A stretch of DNA of 64,000 nucleotides from positions 63,056,001 to 63,120,000 of the forward strand of contig CM059438.1 of NCBI GenBank assembly GCA_030390025.1. The letters run 5' to 3'. The position numbers were made by a program, and so were the translations under genes. The DNA is from Squalus acanthias (Eukaryota). The notes beneath the pieces are model-generated. The model searched no databases, was not told where the DNA came from, and saw only the letters and a program-made list of their open reading frames with translations. Positions 12,751-26,044 of this stretch are shown here, piece after piece (position 1 is the stretch's first letter; each line of letters starts with the position of its first letter).

Positions 12751-13554
12751 GGCCCAGAATTTGCGGGCAGCGGCGAAGCAAAGGCGTTCGGCGCTGGCCC
12801 CCAAGTAAGCTGCGCGCAAAGCTCTCGCGATCTCGGTGTCGAGAAGCTCAGGTTTTCCGACGTGTAATTCAAAATTAACGGAGTATAGTGGGAATCCCCT
12901 AGTGCGAGCTGCTGTGACGTCAACAAGCTGTTCAAGCAGCCAATCAAAACGCAGAATTTTCACAGACAGTGAATCAGGAAGTGAGTAAGCTTTTAAAATT
13001 CAAACGTTTTAAAAATGTTAGAGCAAAACAAAGAGTGGGTCTCACATGGCGAAAAGGCAAACCTGAAATAAAGATTAATTTAAAAAAAAAGTTAAATTCT
13101 TAGCCATTTTAATAAAAATTTTAATTTATAAATTTGACACTGCACAAAATTAAAATTAATTTTTCAGGCCCATAACCTTTGTTTAGCAGTCAATACGCTG
13201 TTAAAACCCAAATTACACCGAATCCCTTTGGGTCTAACCTTTAGTGGGGTATTTAACAGCGGTATCACTGCGGAAGAGCCGATGTTTTCGTCAGTTTCCC
13301 TGATTTGAGAGATTTCACCGATTGCCGGCTCTGTGCCGAGGGCAGGCGTCTGGAGGGGGAGCGGGGTGGGTGGGGGGGCGGGGGGGGGCGGGCGCCGCGC
13401 AGCCTGTGGAGGAACAGTGAACGACAGACCGCAATTCAGGATTTCCGCATTAGGCTGCGCATGCGCTAAATCCTGAAGTTGCCGGTCAGTTTCAAAGGCG
13501 GAATGACGACGAACGCTGCCGGTTCACCGTCACCGGGACCGCAAATTCCAGGCC
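12751..13554. mobile_element. CpG-rich non-autonomous DNA transposon (Harbinger-like MITE)
   Basis: TIRs ggcccagaatttgcgg / ccgcaaattccaggcc (14/16 match); TAA and TTA lie one base outside the ends. Confidence 0.75.
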
Positions 13555-14389
13555 ATTATGAAAGTGCCTTGAAAGATCAGTGGGGAAAGTTGGTGGCGGC
13601 CGTGAGACTGAAGGACACTGTGGATCTGTAGTGGTCAAGATACAAAAAGAAGGCTTTTCTAGCAGTTGTGGCACAGACTTGGTTTGTCTTTTGCGGCAGG
13701 ATGTGTTGTGATTATGGGTTTCTAAAATGTTTATGTGGGCACTTGGTGGTGATCCATGCAGCAGAGATTCTATGTCAGTGGTGTCAGAGTTATGCAGAAA
13801 CTGTCCCCGAGTCCAATGGTGTATGTAATGACTCATCAAATCTTATCTTTATACCAGAAGTATGGCAGAAAGTATACCACGCGTAATTTGAACCTTATCA
13901 CTCGTTTAGTTATATTTTCATCTGGACCGTTCTAAACACACATGCTTGCCAACCCGGGTGTAAAACTGCTGTTGTGGATCGGCTGCCTGTTTTTAGAAGC
14001 CCTACGGTTTTCATTTACGTTGAATTGCCAGGGTGGCAAGTTGAAAATCTACCCCCAAAGACTTTTTTTTTGGTCAGCATATGTTATCTGACACATGCAG
14101 AAAGGCTTCAACTTGTCTAGGAGTCTCCAGACTAATCTACGCAGAAATGCACCTATGTCATGTTTCTGTTTGGCTGATTAGGAGGGCGCACGCTATCCAC
14201 AGAGGAACACGCCCCGCTTACTTGAGTCCCGGCAATTTAAGCGCAGTTTGGCCAGTGCATAGAAACCCCTAAGTGTTCCTCACGGAGGTACTGCTAGAGT
14301 TTAAACCGCTCAAACCATGCAGCTTAATAGGATAGAGCAGCCTACTGTTGCCTAGTCAACACAACCATATCAACAGGACATGACTTGAT

Positions 14390-14792
14390 AGAAAGACTTG
14401 CATTTCTATAGCGCCTTTCACGGCCTAATGACGTCTCAAAGCGCTTCACAGCCAATTGAGTACTTTTGAAGTGTTGTAATGTTGGTAACGCGGCAGCCAA
14501 TTTGCGCACAGCAAGTTTCCACAAACAGCAATGTGATCGTGACCAGATAATCTGTTTTAGTGACAGTAGAAGGGTAAATATTGGCCAGGGCATTCCCCTG
14601 CTCGTCTTCGAAATAGTGCCATGGGATCTTTCACATCCACCTGAGAGAGCAGACAGGGCCTCCATTGAAAGTCTCATCCAAAAGACGGCACCTCCGACAG
14701 TGCAGCACCTCCGGCAGTGCAGCACTCCCTCAGCACTACACTGGAGTGTCAGCCTAGATTTTTGTCGTCAAGTTTCTGGTGTGGGGCTTGAG
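14390..14792 (-). mobile_element. tRNA-derived Deu-type SINE (partial, head missing)
   Basis: Reverse complement of the full SINE at 17279-17757. Confidence 0.85.
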
Positions 14793-15257
14793 TTAGAGAC
14801 AGGAGGATTATCTTCTGCCGAGTGTGAAGAATCCCACCCTCCAGGTCCCCTTTATGTACCTGTCTGGCTGGCCAGTTGTCAACAGTGATCTGCAGTACTG
14901 CCGCCCCGCCTGCCTTGTTTTTCGGATTTCCAAGTTCCCTGCAGAAGGTCCAGATCTCCCTTCACCTGGCATGCCGGCACAGAAAGAGATCTCACTTGCC
15001 TCTGCCACAAACAGGTTGGTGAATGCCCCTCTGTACCTCCCTCCCTCCTAGATTACAGAAGATGTCTAGTGGGGATATGTGAAGATGTTTCCCATTCCGG
15101 TTTTGAACTTTGTCCAAGTTCAAACCCGAATGGAAACCTTTTCACCCGAACCTTCATTAAATCATTAGATCAAGGACAAAATTCAGTTGCTAAACTCAAA
15201 GCGGGTTCAGAGTACCAATAGCAACATCCTGTGCGCAGATGCTCAAAGTCCGCACAC

Positions 15258-15740
15258 ATAGAGTCATAACGGCACAGGAGGCGGCCATTCGGCCCATTGA
15301 GTCCGTGCTGGCTCTCTGTAGAGCAATCCAGTCAGTCCCATTCCCCAGCTCTATCCCCGTAGCCCTGCAAGTTTATTTCCCTCAAGTGCCTATCCAGTCT
15401 CCCCTTGAAAACATTGAGTGTCTCCGCTTCCACCACTTCCGTCGGCAGCGAGTTCCAGGTCCTCACCACTCGCTGCGCAAAAAAGTTTTTCCTCACACCC
15501 CACCCTGTATCTCTTGCCCAAAACCTTAAATCTGTGTCCCCTAGTCCATCAACTAGTGGGAACAGCCTTTCCCTGTCTAGCCTGTCCAAACCCGTCATAA
15601 TCTTGTACACCTCTATCAAATCACCCCGCAACCTCCTTTGCTCTAATGAAAACAAGTCAAGCTTCTCCAACCTGTCCTTGTAGCTAAGATCCCCCATCCC
15701 TGGAACCATTCTGGCAAATCTCCTCTGCACCCTCTCAAGT
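15258..15740 (-). mobile_element. CR1 LINE 3' fragment
   Basis: ORF 15332-15730 RRLRGDLIEVYKIM...FFAQRVVRTWNSLP plus 3' UTR. Confidence 0.88.
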
Positions 15741-16404
15741 GCCTCGGACTGCTTTAAGTTCTGGGAAATTTGACCATCTCACCATAGAAAGGATCTTGGT
15801 ATGATTTGTATTAAAATGCTATCGTTTAGTTAAGTGCAGCTTTTAAGGGGTTAAATTCATAGAACGGCAGAGCAGGGAAATGTAGATTAGGATTCAGACA
15901 AAGCATCTAAACCAGAGCGCTCTCGACAGTAAAAGATAGTTTAGACATCCTCGTGATCATGCACGCCTATTGTTGAGATGACCTTATTCATACGAGTTCA
16001 GCAAGGGTAGTTGCCAGGATAGTTCTGGTTATAATCTACTCATCTGGTAAAGTTTCTGATATTATGGTCGGGCTTTACTGGCGAATCACCGAATGGGGAA
16101 GAAGTCCGAGGGACAGCCCATCCACATCCTCTAACAAAAAGAAAACCCCACATTCAACGTCAGTCAGGGTGGTCTGCTGAGATAAAGGCAAGAAAGCCCT
16201 TGGTAGTTTATTGTCAGACTCGTGCTGACTAAGCCCATGTAAGTCTTGGCCTGTTGCAATGCCAGGCTGACCGAAGCAAGTGTTGTGTTAGTCTTGTAAC
16301 TCGCGGCGTGGTTTATTATTTTCCTTATTTGTGAGGTGGAGCTTGCACACGGATGAAGTAAGCGAGGTTTGATTATAACTGTCACTCTATATGTAACACT
16401 AGCA

Positions 16405-16735
16405 AAATAACTTTTCAGGTCTGTGGCCCTTCGTCAGAACTGGTAAAAGTTGGAGTTGTAACAGGTTTTAAGCAGGGGAGGGGAGGAAGGAACTAAAGGC
16501 ATAGTCTGTGCTAGGATTGAACTTGGGGGAGATTAAATGTTGCAAATGGGGATGGCAGAATCATCAACAGCTGCCGCCTGAAAAAATGGGGGCAGGGGTT
16601 ATAGTCTGAAATTGTTGAACTCAATGTTGAGTCCAGAAGGCTGTAAAGTGCCTAATCGAAAGATGAGGTGCTGTTCCTCGAGCTTACGTTGAGCTTCATT
16701 GGAACAGTGTATGAGGCCGAGGACAGAGAGGTATA
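16405..16735 (-). mobile_element. Penelope-like element 3' fragment: GIY-YIG endonuclease C-terminus and degenerate hammerhead
   Basis: Minus-strand LSVLGLIHCSNEAQRKLEEQHLIFRLGTLQPSGLNIEF matches the PLE GIY-YIG tail pattern (R..E..I..L.T..P.GLN). Downstream on the minus strand is CTGACGA-AGG..CCT-GAAA. Confidence 0.8.
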
Positions 16736-17278
16736 TATGTTCACTTACTTCCTGTAAAATAAAGCAGCTTAACGATTTGGATCTGGCCTCCACTCACCGA
16801 AGTGTTGCAGTCCACCCGCTGAGAGATTGGAATAGTGCACGTGAGGGCATGGTCCGAACGAGACAGTATCCAGTTCACATTGCAAGGGGGTTACTATTTT
16901 ATACCCTTTGGTTACACAGTCATACCGATTGTGTATTAACAGGCACATTCCTAAAGGCAATCAAGGCACAGGAATCCAATTATGGGCGTGACCAACACCA
17001 AAAGGATATCTAAAGCTGATCTGAAATCTGTAACGTGCACCCACCCCTCGACATCAGGTGAAAGTCTTTGCAGGCCTACAGTACCCTGTTGTCCAGCGTC
17101 AGTAAGCAACCATTTATATACGGTGCTTCATTCATAGTGTGGACACACTTCCAAATGGTGCGCTTGCTGCCTGAGCCATTTCCATGATAGAAATGGGGTG
17201 ACAGATTTGCTTCCCCAACTCCTCTGAAGTGCGTGTTCCACCTTGCCACACTTCCCAAATCCTGCGCCGGCCCTAGTA

Positions 17279-17757
17279 GTGTCAGCTGTGGCTCAGTGGG
17301 CAGCACTCTTGCCTCTGAGTCAGAAGGTTGTGGGTTCAAGTCCCACTCCAACGACTTGAGCACATAAATCCAGGCCGACACTCCAGTGCAGTGCTGAGGG
17401 AGCGCTGCACTGTCAGAGGTGCCGTCTTTCGGATGAGACGTTAAACCGAGGCCTGGTCTGCTCTCTCAGGTGGACGTAAAAGATCCCATGGCACTATTTC
17501 GAAGAAGAGCAGGGGAGTTATCCCCGGTGTCCTGGGGCCAATATTTATCTCTCAACCAACATAACAAAAACAGATTATCTGGTCATTATCACCTTGCTGT
17601 TTGTGGGACCTTGCTATGCTCAAATTGGCTGCCGCGTTTCCCACATTACAACAGTGACTACACTTCAAAAAGTACTTCATTGACTGTAAAGCGCTTTGAG
17701 ACGTCCGGTGATCGTGAAAGGCGCTATAGAAATGCAGGTCTGTCTTTCTTTCTTCCT
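17279..17757 (+). mobile_element. Full-length tRNA-derived SINE (Deu-domain/SacSINE1-like) with L2-type 3' tail
   Basis: A box TGGCTCAGTGG, B box GGTTCAAGTCC, core ttgctgtttgtgggaccttgct...aaattggctgccgcgtttccc, tail gaaaggcgctatagaaatgc followed by (tctt)n. Confidence 0.88.
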
Positions 17758-18548
17758 TAATTCCTATTTTGTGAAATTACGGAGAAATGAATGTAATTTA
17801 GCAGCACTTTCCCGACCATGCATATCGTTCTTTTCCAGCGAGTCAGGGTTTCAGTGTTATCTGTATGTTGCTGTTAGCTAATAAGGACATGCAGTGCCTG
17901 GAGAGTTGCCGATAACTACAGGCTGCTAATAAGTTGTCTGCTGATTTCAATTTGCGTCTCTATTGCAAAGACAGCACCATCACAGGTCGGTTCCCATGGT
18001 AATTAGTGCTCAACTTAATCGTGTCCGATTGATATTTGTTGTGGCTGCTGTGGCTTAGAGAAAAGTTGCATTCTGAAAAATAATAGATTGCGACACAACT
18101 CTCAGACATTTTTAGATACTTTTGTACCTCTTTCTTTCAGTTGGTGCCTTGTGCTTTTTTTTAAGCGGGGAGGAGTCGACGGGTCTGAACTGTGTTGATA
18201 TGTTCAGTGGCTACTGTGTGTATTGGGCAGCAATGGATCAATACAAATGGAGTGCAGTCGTCCCCGGTACCTCAGTTAGTAAATGCACGGTCCCAGTGTG
18301 GGGCACAACTCCATTCCCAGTCCGTGCTGAGTCAACTAATCTCAGTCAAGGTAGCAAAAGGGGCATTAAAAAAATTAACTTCAGCACCCCCTGGTCTTAG
18401 GGAACGGGAGAAATCGGAAAGGGCTCCCACTTGTAATTGCTGCCCGCTGATTCCTGCTGGAAAGTGTGGCTGAGCGGATGTCAAGTCAGGATAGAATTTG
18501 GCTCCGATGCGATGCTCCCAGGAACAAATAGCTTACTTACACTCGGGG

Positions 18549-21500
18549 CGTAATGGAGACCATGAAACTACCAGATTGTGGTTAAAAACCCATCTGGTTC
18601 ACTAATGTCCTTTAGGGAAGGAAATCTGCTGTCCTTACCCAGTCTGGCCCTATATGTGACTCCAGACCCACAGCAATGTGGTTGACTCTTAACTGCCCTC
18701 TGAAATGGTCTACCAAGCCACTCAGTTGTAACAAACCGCTACGTAAAAGAATCATGAGAATAAAACCGGTCGGACCACCCGGCATCAATCTAGGCATGGG
18801 ATTCGGACACGCCAAAGGCACACCCAGCCCAGTCGACCCTGCAAAGTCCTCCTCACTAACATCTGGGGACTTATGCCAAAATTGGAAGAGCTGTCCCACA
18901 GACTAGTCAAGCAACAGCCTGACATAGTCATACTCTCAGAATCATACCGTTCAGCCAACGTCCCAGACTCTTCCATCACCATCCCTGGGTATGACATGTT
19001 CCACCGGCAGGACAGACCCACCAGGGGTGGTTGCACAGTGGTATACACTCGGGAGGGAGTGGCTCTGGGAGTCCTCAATATTGACTCTGGACCCCATGAA
19101 GTCTCATGGCATCAAGTGAAACATGGGCGAGGAAACCTCCTGCTGATTACCACCTACCGCCCTCCCTTAGCTGATGAATCAGTACTTCTCCATGTTGAAC
19201 ACCACTTGGAAGAAGCACTGAGAGTAGCAAGGGCACAGAATGTACTCTGGCTGGGGGACTTCAATGTCCATCACCAGGAGTGGCTCGGTAGCACCACTAC
19301 TGACTGAGCTGGCCGAGTCTTGGAGAACATAACTGCCCGACTGGGCCTGCGGCAGGTGGTGAGAGAACCAACACGAGGGAAAAAGCTACTTGACCTCGTC
19401 CTCGCCAATCTACCTGTCGCAGATGCATCTGTCATTGGTAGCAGTGACCACCACACAGTCCTTGTGGAGACGAAGTCCCATCTTCTATCTGAGGACACCT
19501 TCCATCGTGTTGTGTGGCATTAACACCGTGCTAAATGGGATAGATTCAGAACAGATCTAGCAGCTCAAAACTGGGCATCCATGAGGCGCTGTGGGCCATC
19601 AGCAGCAGTAGAATTGTATTCCACCACAATCTGTAACCTCATGGCCCGGCATATCCCTCACTCTACCATTACCATCAAGCCAGGGGACCAACCCTGGTTC
19701 AATAAGGAGTGTAGACGAGCATGCCAGGAGCAGCAGCAGGCGTACCTAAAAATGAGGCGCCAAACTGGTGAAGCTACAACACGGGACTACATGCATGCTA
19801 AACAGCGGAAGCAGCATGCTATAGACAGGGCTAAGCGATCCCACAACCAATGGATCAGATCAAAGCTCTGCAGTCCTGCCACATCCAGTCGTGAATGGTG
19901 GTGACCATTAAACAACTAACGGGGAGGAGGAGGCTCCATGAACATCCCCATCCTCAATGATGGCGGAGCCCAGCACAATAGTGCAAAAAACAAGGCTGAA
20001 GCGTTTGCAACCATCTTCAGCCAGAAATGCTGAGTGGATGACCGATCTCTGCCTCCTCTTGAACTTCCCAACATCACTCCACGTGATATCAAGAAACAGC
20101 TGAGCGCACTGGATACAGCAAAGGATATTGGCCCTGACAACATCCCAGCTATCGTGCTGAAGTCTTGTGCTCCAGAACTAGCTGTACCTCTAGCCAAGCT
20201 GTTCCAGTACAGTTACAACACTGGCAAAAAGTAGGACACTCCAATCTGGCCAATTACCACCCCATCAGTCTACTCTCAATCATCAGCAGAGTGATGGAAG
20301 ATGTCCTCGACAGTGCTATCAAGCGGCACGTACTCATCAATAACCTGCTCACCAATTCTCAGTTTGGGTTCTGCCAGAGCCACTCGGCTCCCGACCTCAT
20401 TACAGCCTTGGTCCAAACATGGATAAAGGAGCTGAATTTCAGAGGTGAGGTGAGAGTGACTGCCCTTGACATCAAGGCAGCATTTGACCGAGTGTGGCAT
20501 CAAGGAGCCCTAGTAAAACTGAAGTCACTGGGAATCAGGGGGAAAACGCTCCACTGGCTGGAGTCATACCTAGCACAAAGGAAGATGGTTGTGGTGGTTG
20601 GAGGTCAATCATCTCAGCCCCAGGACATCGCTGCAGGAGTTCCTCAGGACAGTGTCCTAGGCCCAACCAACTTCAGCTGCTTCATCAATGACCTTCCCTC
20701 CTTCATAAAGTCAGAAGTAGGGAAGTTTGCTGATGATTGAACAGTGTCCAGCGCCATTTGCAACTCCTCAGATAATGAAGCAGTTCATGCCCGAATGCAA
20801 CAAGACCTGGATGACATTCAGGTTTGGGCTGATAAGTGGCAGGTAACATTCGCGCCACACAGTGCCAGGCAATGACCATCTCCAACAAGCGAGAGTCTAA
20901 CCACCGCCCCTTGAGATTCAACGGCATTACCATCGTCTAATCCCCCACCATCAACATGCTGGGGGTCATCGTTGACCAGAAACTTAACTGGACCATCCAC
21001 ATAAATGCTGTGGCTACAAGAGCAGGTCAGAGGCTAGGTATTTTGCGGTGAGTGTCTCATCTCCTGACTCCCCAAAGCCTTTCCACCATCTACAAGGCAC
21101 AAGTCAGGAGTGTGATGGAATACTCTCCACTTGCCTGGATGAGTGCAGCTCCAACAACACTCAAGAAGCTCGACACCATCCAGGACAAAGCAGCCCGCTT
21201 GATTGGCACCCTATCCACCACCTTAAACATTCACTCCCTCCACCACCGGCGTACCGTGGCTGCAGTGTGCACCATCTACAAGATGCACTGCAGCAACTCG
21301 TCAAGGCTTCTTCGGCAGCACCTCCCAAACCCGCGACCTCTTCCACCTAGAAGGACAAGGGCAGCAGACGCATGGGAACACCACCACCTCCCAAGTTCCC
21401 CTCCAAGTCACACACCATCCTGACTTAGAAGTATATCGCCGTTCCTTCATCGTCGCTGGGTCAAAATCCTGGAACTCCCTCCCTAACAGCACTGTGGGAG

Positions 21501-21629
21501 TACCTTCACCACACGGACTGCAGCGGTTCAAGAAGGCGGCTCACCATCACCTTCTCAAAGGGCAATTAGGGATGGGCAATAAATGCTGGCCTTGCCAGTG
21601 ACTCCCACATCCTGTGAATTAGTAAAAAA
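18549..21629 (+). mobile_element. Long copy of jockey/CR1-group LINE family A: APE + RT, with stops, frameshifts and internal deletions
   Basis: APE motifs (TNIWGL, DIVILSES, YRPP, GDFN, LDL, SDH); RT motifs (QFGF, LDIKAAFDRVWH, GVPQDSVLGP, FADD); same 3' UTR as 1-870. Confidence 0.92.
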
Positions 21630-22619
21630 GAAACAAATTTTCACTTTTGGCGGGGGTGGAAAACTGGCAGTACTGGATCGGCCGCCCGTTATTAACCCCG
21701 CGCGATTGTCCTTTAAGGTCGTATGACGGGCTGCCCATCAGCTTCTGCCAGTTTCCTGCCCTCACAAAGTGAGAATTAATCCTTCACCGTGCTGCGGTTT
21801 ACACTTGAAAAATAGTAACTTGCAGGAGGTACCGACTCATCTGCACGAAGGAAAAGACCTAGATTGCGAGTCTCCTTTCGTGAGCCATTCCAAACTAGGG
21901 CAAAACATTTGCACTGAACGATTGAAAATTTGACTTTGGAAGCGCAACACTGCCTCCTGGTGACCAAAAATTGCACTACCTGATCAAATATTCCTGATTT
22001 TATGCCTCAGAAGTAAAAGTGATCTTGCTCCATATTGTACTCTTGAGTGAGAGTGGAAATGTTGTTGCATTCCTTCTTATCAGGCAGATTTAAGTGACCA
22101 GCAGCCCTGGAGTCTGCGACCTTCTAATCAGAACAGAAACCTGCTTCAGCTTCGCCTCTCTGGAATTCTCTTTGTAAACTCCGGCACCTTGCGACTTCTC
22201 CTCCCAGCTTTAACCGTCTCCTTCAAAGCCTATCTTTGCGACTGGAGCTTTCAGTCATCCCTCTAACCTCTTCTGCTACTTGGTGTCTGCCTATTCTCTG
22301 CTGTGTGGAGGCCTTAAAGACTCCAGAAAAATGACACATTTTTGTCGCTTGAGACTGCCTCTTCTTCATAATGAGATGAATGGTGAAGACCCAAAGCCAC
22401 GGTGCAAGATGCCTTTAAGAAGACAAGAGTCGAGGAGAAAACACGGTAAATTCGTGAGTGAAGCTTAAGTTGACCCCAAGATTGGGTTTTGGAAGCTTTT
22501 AAGTTCGAGCAGCAAGGAAAGACTAAGTGGGAGGGGAAGGAGTTACATGGTTGTGGTGTCTTCGGAAAGAATACGTGCACTTTTATTTAGTTTCGGAAAC
22601 ATTTTAATTAGGTAGATTC

Positions 22620-23270
22620 CAATTTTTTTTTTTAATTGTTCGTGGGACGTGGGTGAAACTGGCAAAGCCACATTTATTGCCCATCCCGCGTTGCCCTGAG
22701 AAAATGAACCACTGCAGCCCTTGTAGTGATGGTGTTCCCACAATTGTGTCCGATAGGGAATTGCAGGATCCTGCCCCAGTGAAGATGAATGGATGGTGAT
22801 ATTTGTCCAAATCAGGGTGCTGTGTGTGACTTGGGAGGAAATTGGAAATGACATGTGTTCCCAGGGGCCCTTCACGGCGGTGGAGGTCATAGGGGGGAGA
22901 GGGAGGTGCCGTCAAAGTAACCTTGGGTGAGCTGCTGCTTCTTCAATATTGATTCTCGGGATCGGGCATCGCTGGCAAAGCCGGCATTTATTGCCCATCC
23001 TCAGTTGCCCTTGAAAAGGTGATTTGGGGGGGGGGGGGCATCTTCTTGAACAGCTGCAGTCCTTGTAATGAAGGGAGTGCCAGGATTTTGACCCAGCAAT
23101 GATGAAGGAACAGCCGTATAATGGCAGTGTGTGATTTGGAGGTGATGGTGTTCCCATGCACCTGCTGCCCTTGTCCTCCTAAGTGGCGGAGATTTTGGGT
23201 TTGGGTGGTGCTGCAGTGCCTCCTGTAGGTGTACTCTAAAATGTCGATGATGTATATGAACGAACTTAGA
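22620..23270 (-). mobile_element. Two degenerate 3' fragments of LINE family A
   Basis: Both contain the reverse-complement tail catttattgcccatcc...gccct and match 590-860. Confidence 0.75.
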
Positions 23271-24339
23271 TTTCATCCATGAGGCTTATATTTTAGAATT
23301 TGAAACTGCGTAAGTGAACTGTGATGAGTTAGAATCACCATTATTTTATTGTGTTTTACTTCTGAGGGTGAAGACAGCTAGGATCTATACAGCCAGTCCG
23401 CAGCCAAATAAAATGCACAAAATGTCACCAACAGAGCAAAAAAACTTCTCATAGAAAAATCCAGTTAAAATGTCTGAGAGGGCGGTGCAAGAATATCTTT
23501 TGCTGCACCTTTTGTGATCGATACTGTAGAGCTGATTTTTTCTTTTTCCTCTTAGTTTTATTGGCCTGTTCATCATTGTCAGCTGTCTGTGCGAGGTAGC
23601 GGAGACGATGGCCTGGTGATAAAGTTTTCTGCAGTGTGCTTGTGTCATTTATTCTTGTTGAAATGTTGGTCAAGGACATCCGAAGTTATGCAACTCCCCT
23701 CCCTGCGGGATAGTCAAGTGACAGATAATAGCTATTCATGTATAATCAGGCGCCCAAAGACATTGAAAGAAAACGGACACGTCACAATAAAAATAGTTCT
23801 GTCAAAATTTCAGTCCTTTAAGAAGCTGTGTTTTGCATAATATGTTTAGAGTGTTTATCTTGGTTACCCTATAAAGATTGGATTTATGGAAAATAGTGCA
23901 GTGTAATCAGTGGGTCTTTTCACATAAGTTAGCATTCATTTTTTATGGGGTCACCTATTTTAATGTTTGAACTGTGTGCCTCCCAGCCAGTATTAACCTA
24001 TATAAACCTTTTCCCTTGCATAATGATTCCGAGTTCCCTTTATCTAATAATAGCTGTTACACAGCATCTCGCAGGTTTTGTGATGAGAAAGTGGGAGCAG
24101 AGAGCTGATCAAACGGGAGCAGGAGACTAATCAGCCCTACATCCGTTTGTCCCAGTCGCTCTTTGAAGACCATTGGGGCTTACAGGATAGCCAATGGCAT
24201 CGTCTCTGGTCGCTTCTTTCGAGCAGCTTTCTCCGAGCCTATCAGCGACTACTTCCTGTTGGCCATCCAGTTGGAATACTTGAGATGTATAGTTGATTTA
24301 CTTGTGTTTAAAGGGGCTGTGATGGTGTTGTAGTTGTTT

Positions 24340-24950
24340 AGAAAGAAAGACTTGCATTTATATAGCACCTTTCATGACCTCAGGATGTCCCAAAGTGCTT
24401 TACAGCCAATGAAGTCCTTTTTGAAGTGTGGTAGCTAATTTGCCGACAGACAGCAATGTGATTATGACTAGATAGTCTGTTTTTAGGTGTTGATTGAGGG
24501 ATAAATATTGTCCAGGACACCGGGGAGAACTCCCCTACTCTTCTTCAAAATAGTGCCATGGGATCTTTTGCATCTACCTGAAAGAGGAAAACGGTACTTT
24601 GGTTTAATGTCTCATCAGAAAGACGGCACCTCCGATGGTGCCGCGCTCCCTCAGTACTGCACTGGCGTGTCAGCCTTGATTATGTGCTCAAGTCTCTGAA
24701 GTGGGGCTTGGACCATTTTATTTTTTTTCTTACACAGCGAGTTGTTATGATCTGGAATGCACTGCCTGAAGCAGAAGCAGATTCAATAGCAACTTTCAAA
24801 ATTGCATTGGATATACACTTGAAATGGAGTAATTTGCAGGGCTATGGGGAAAGAGCAAGAGGGAGTGGGACTAATTGGAGAGCTCTTTCAAAGAACCGGC
24901 GCAGATGCGATTGGCCGAATGGCCTCCTTCTGTGCTGTATGATTCTGTGG
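24340..24950. mobile_element. Deu-type SINE (minus, 24340-24710) abutting a CR1 3' fragment (plus, 24725-24950)
   Basis: Similar to 17279-17757 and to the other CR1 3' ends (TQRVVMIWNALP). Confidence 0.8.
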
Positions 24951-25565
24951 ATCCCACCCAAATTTAACAGTACATTCATCAACCATCCATCTTCAACAAA
25001 CCGAGCAGGAGGAATTTTATTTGACAAGTGGCAGGCATGAGGCTTCAGCAGAGAATAAGTGGCCTCTAGTTTGAGAGCAAGACCATTCTTCGCTGTGTAA
25101 CAATGCTCCTGTGTATCTTTTCTGAACAAACATGTCACTAAAACACGAGCAAGATTGGCTATTTTATGGCACAACATTACAGATGACTTACAGATGAGGT
25201 TATTAACAAATTGATCATTGTTAACGCAACAACCTCGGCTCACCCATTCTCATTGAATTGATGCTGGCAGGATGAAGCCAAGTGAAACCTCCTGTGGTGT
25301 CAAAGGAAGTGGTCTCTCTCCCTCAGGGGCCCTTTTTAAAAATTCAAAAGAATTCGGATTCACATACTTCATTTCAACCCATTTCTGCCAGTTTTTTGAA
25401 TTAAATTTTTTTTATATTAGTGACAGAACCAAGCTGAAGAAGTTGCTGAGGACGATGATGAGGGAACCGCATTATTATTCGTACAGTTACAGTCCTAGTC
25501 GCCTGTCGGATTATTGCTGTGGAACTGATTCAACTGGAAGGCGTTGTGCTATATGTTCCCATCGC

Positions 25566-25732
25566 CAATGTTCCCCCTAATTTTTTTCTTTTGAGTATGC
25601 GGTCCCTTTAACGGACTGCACGGCCCATTCAAAATTTCACGCATGCGCAAAATGTCCCGTTGAAAAGCCGGCGATCGGCCTGCGCGGGACATCCAGACAG
25701 CTGTGCGTCCGCACAACTTACTGGGAACCTTG
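25566..25732. mobile_element. Short hAT-like MITE (caatgttccc TIR family)
   Basis: Ends caatgttccccctaa / ttactgggaaccttg; shares internal ctgcacggcccattcaaaa with 60254-60368. Confidence 0.7.
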
Positions 25733-25764
25733 TCCATCATCCCTGTGCTCCCAGTCCGGCAACT

Positions 25765-26044
25765 CATAAGGACATAAGAAATAGGAGCAGGAGCAAGCCA
25801 TTTGGCCCCTCGAGCCTGCTCCGCCATTCAATGAGATCATGGTTGATCTGATCTTGGGCTCAGCTCCATTTCCCTGCCCGCTCCCCATAACCCTTCACTC
25901 CCTTATTGTTCAAAAATCTGTCTATCTCCACCTTAAATATATTCAATGACCCAGCCTCCACAGCTCTCTGGGGCAGAGAATTCCACAGATTTACGACCCT
26001 CAGAGAAGAAATTCCTCCTCATCTCAGTTTTAAATGGGCGACCT
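25765..26044 (-). mobile_element. CR1 LINE 3' end
   Basis: cataagaaataggagcagg...gagcctgctccgccattcaat tail. Confidence 0.85.

Noticed and set aside
12751..13554. CpG island or promoter
   Set aside because: The CpG richness is bounded by TIRs, so a young MITE explains it better; similar reasoning applies to 44400-45128 and 48737-49434.
17279..17350. tRNA gene
   Set aside because: The A and B boxes belong to a multi-copy SINE head that continues into SINE body and tail.
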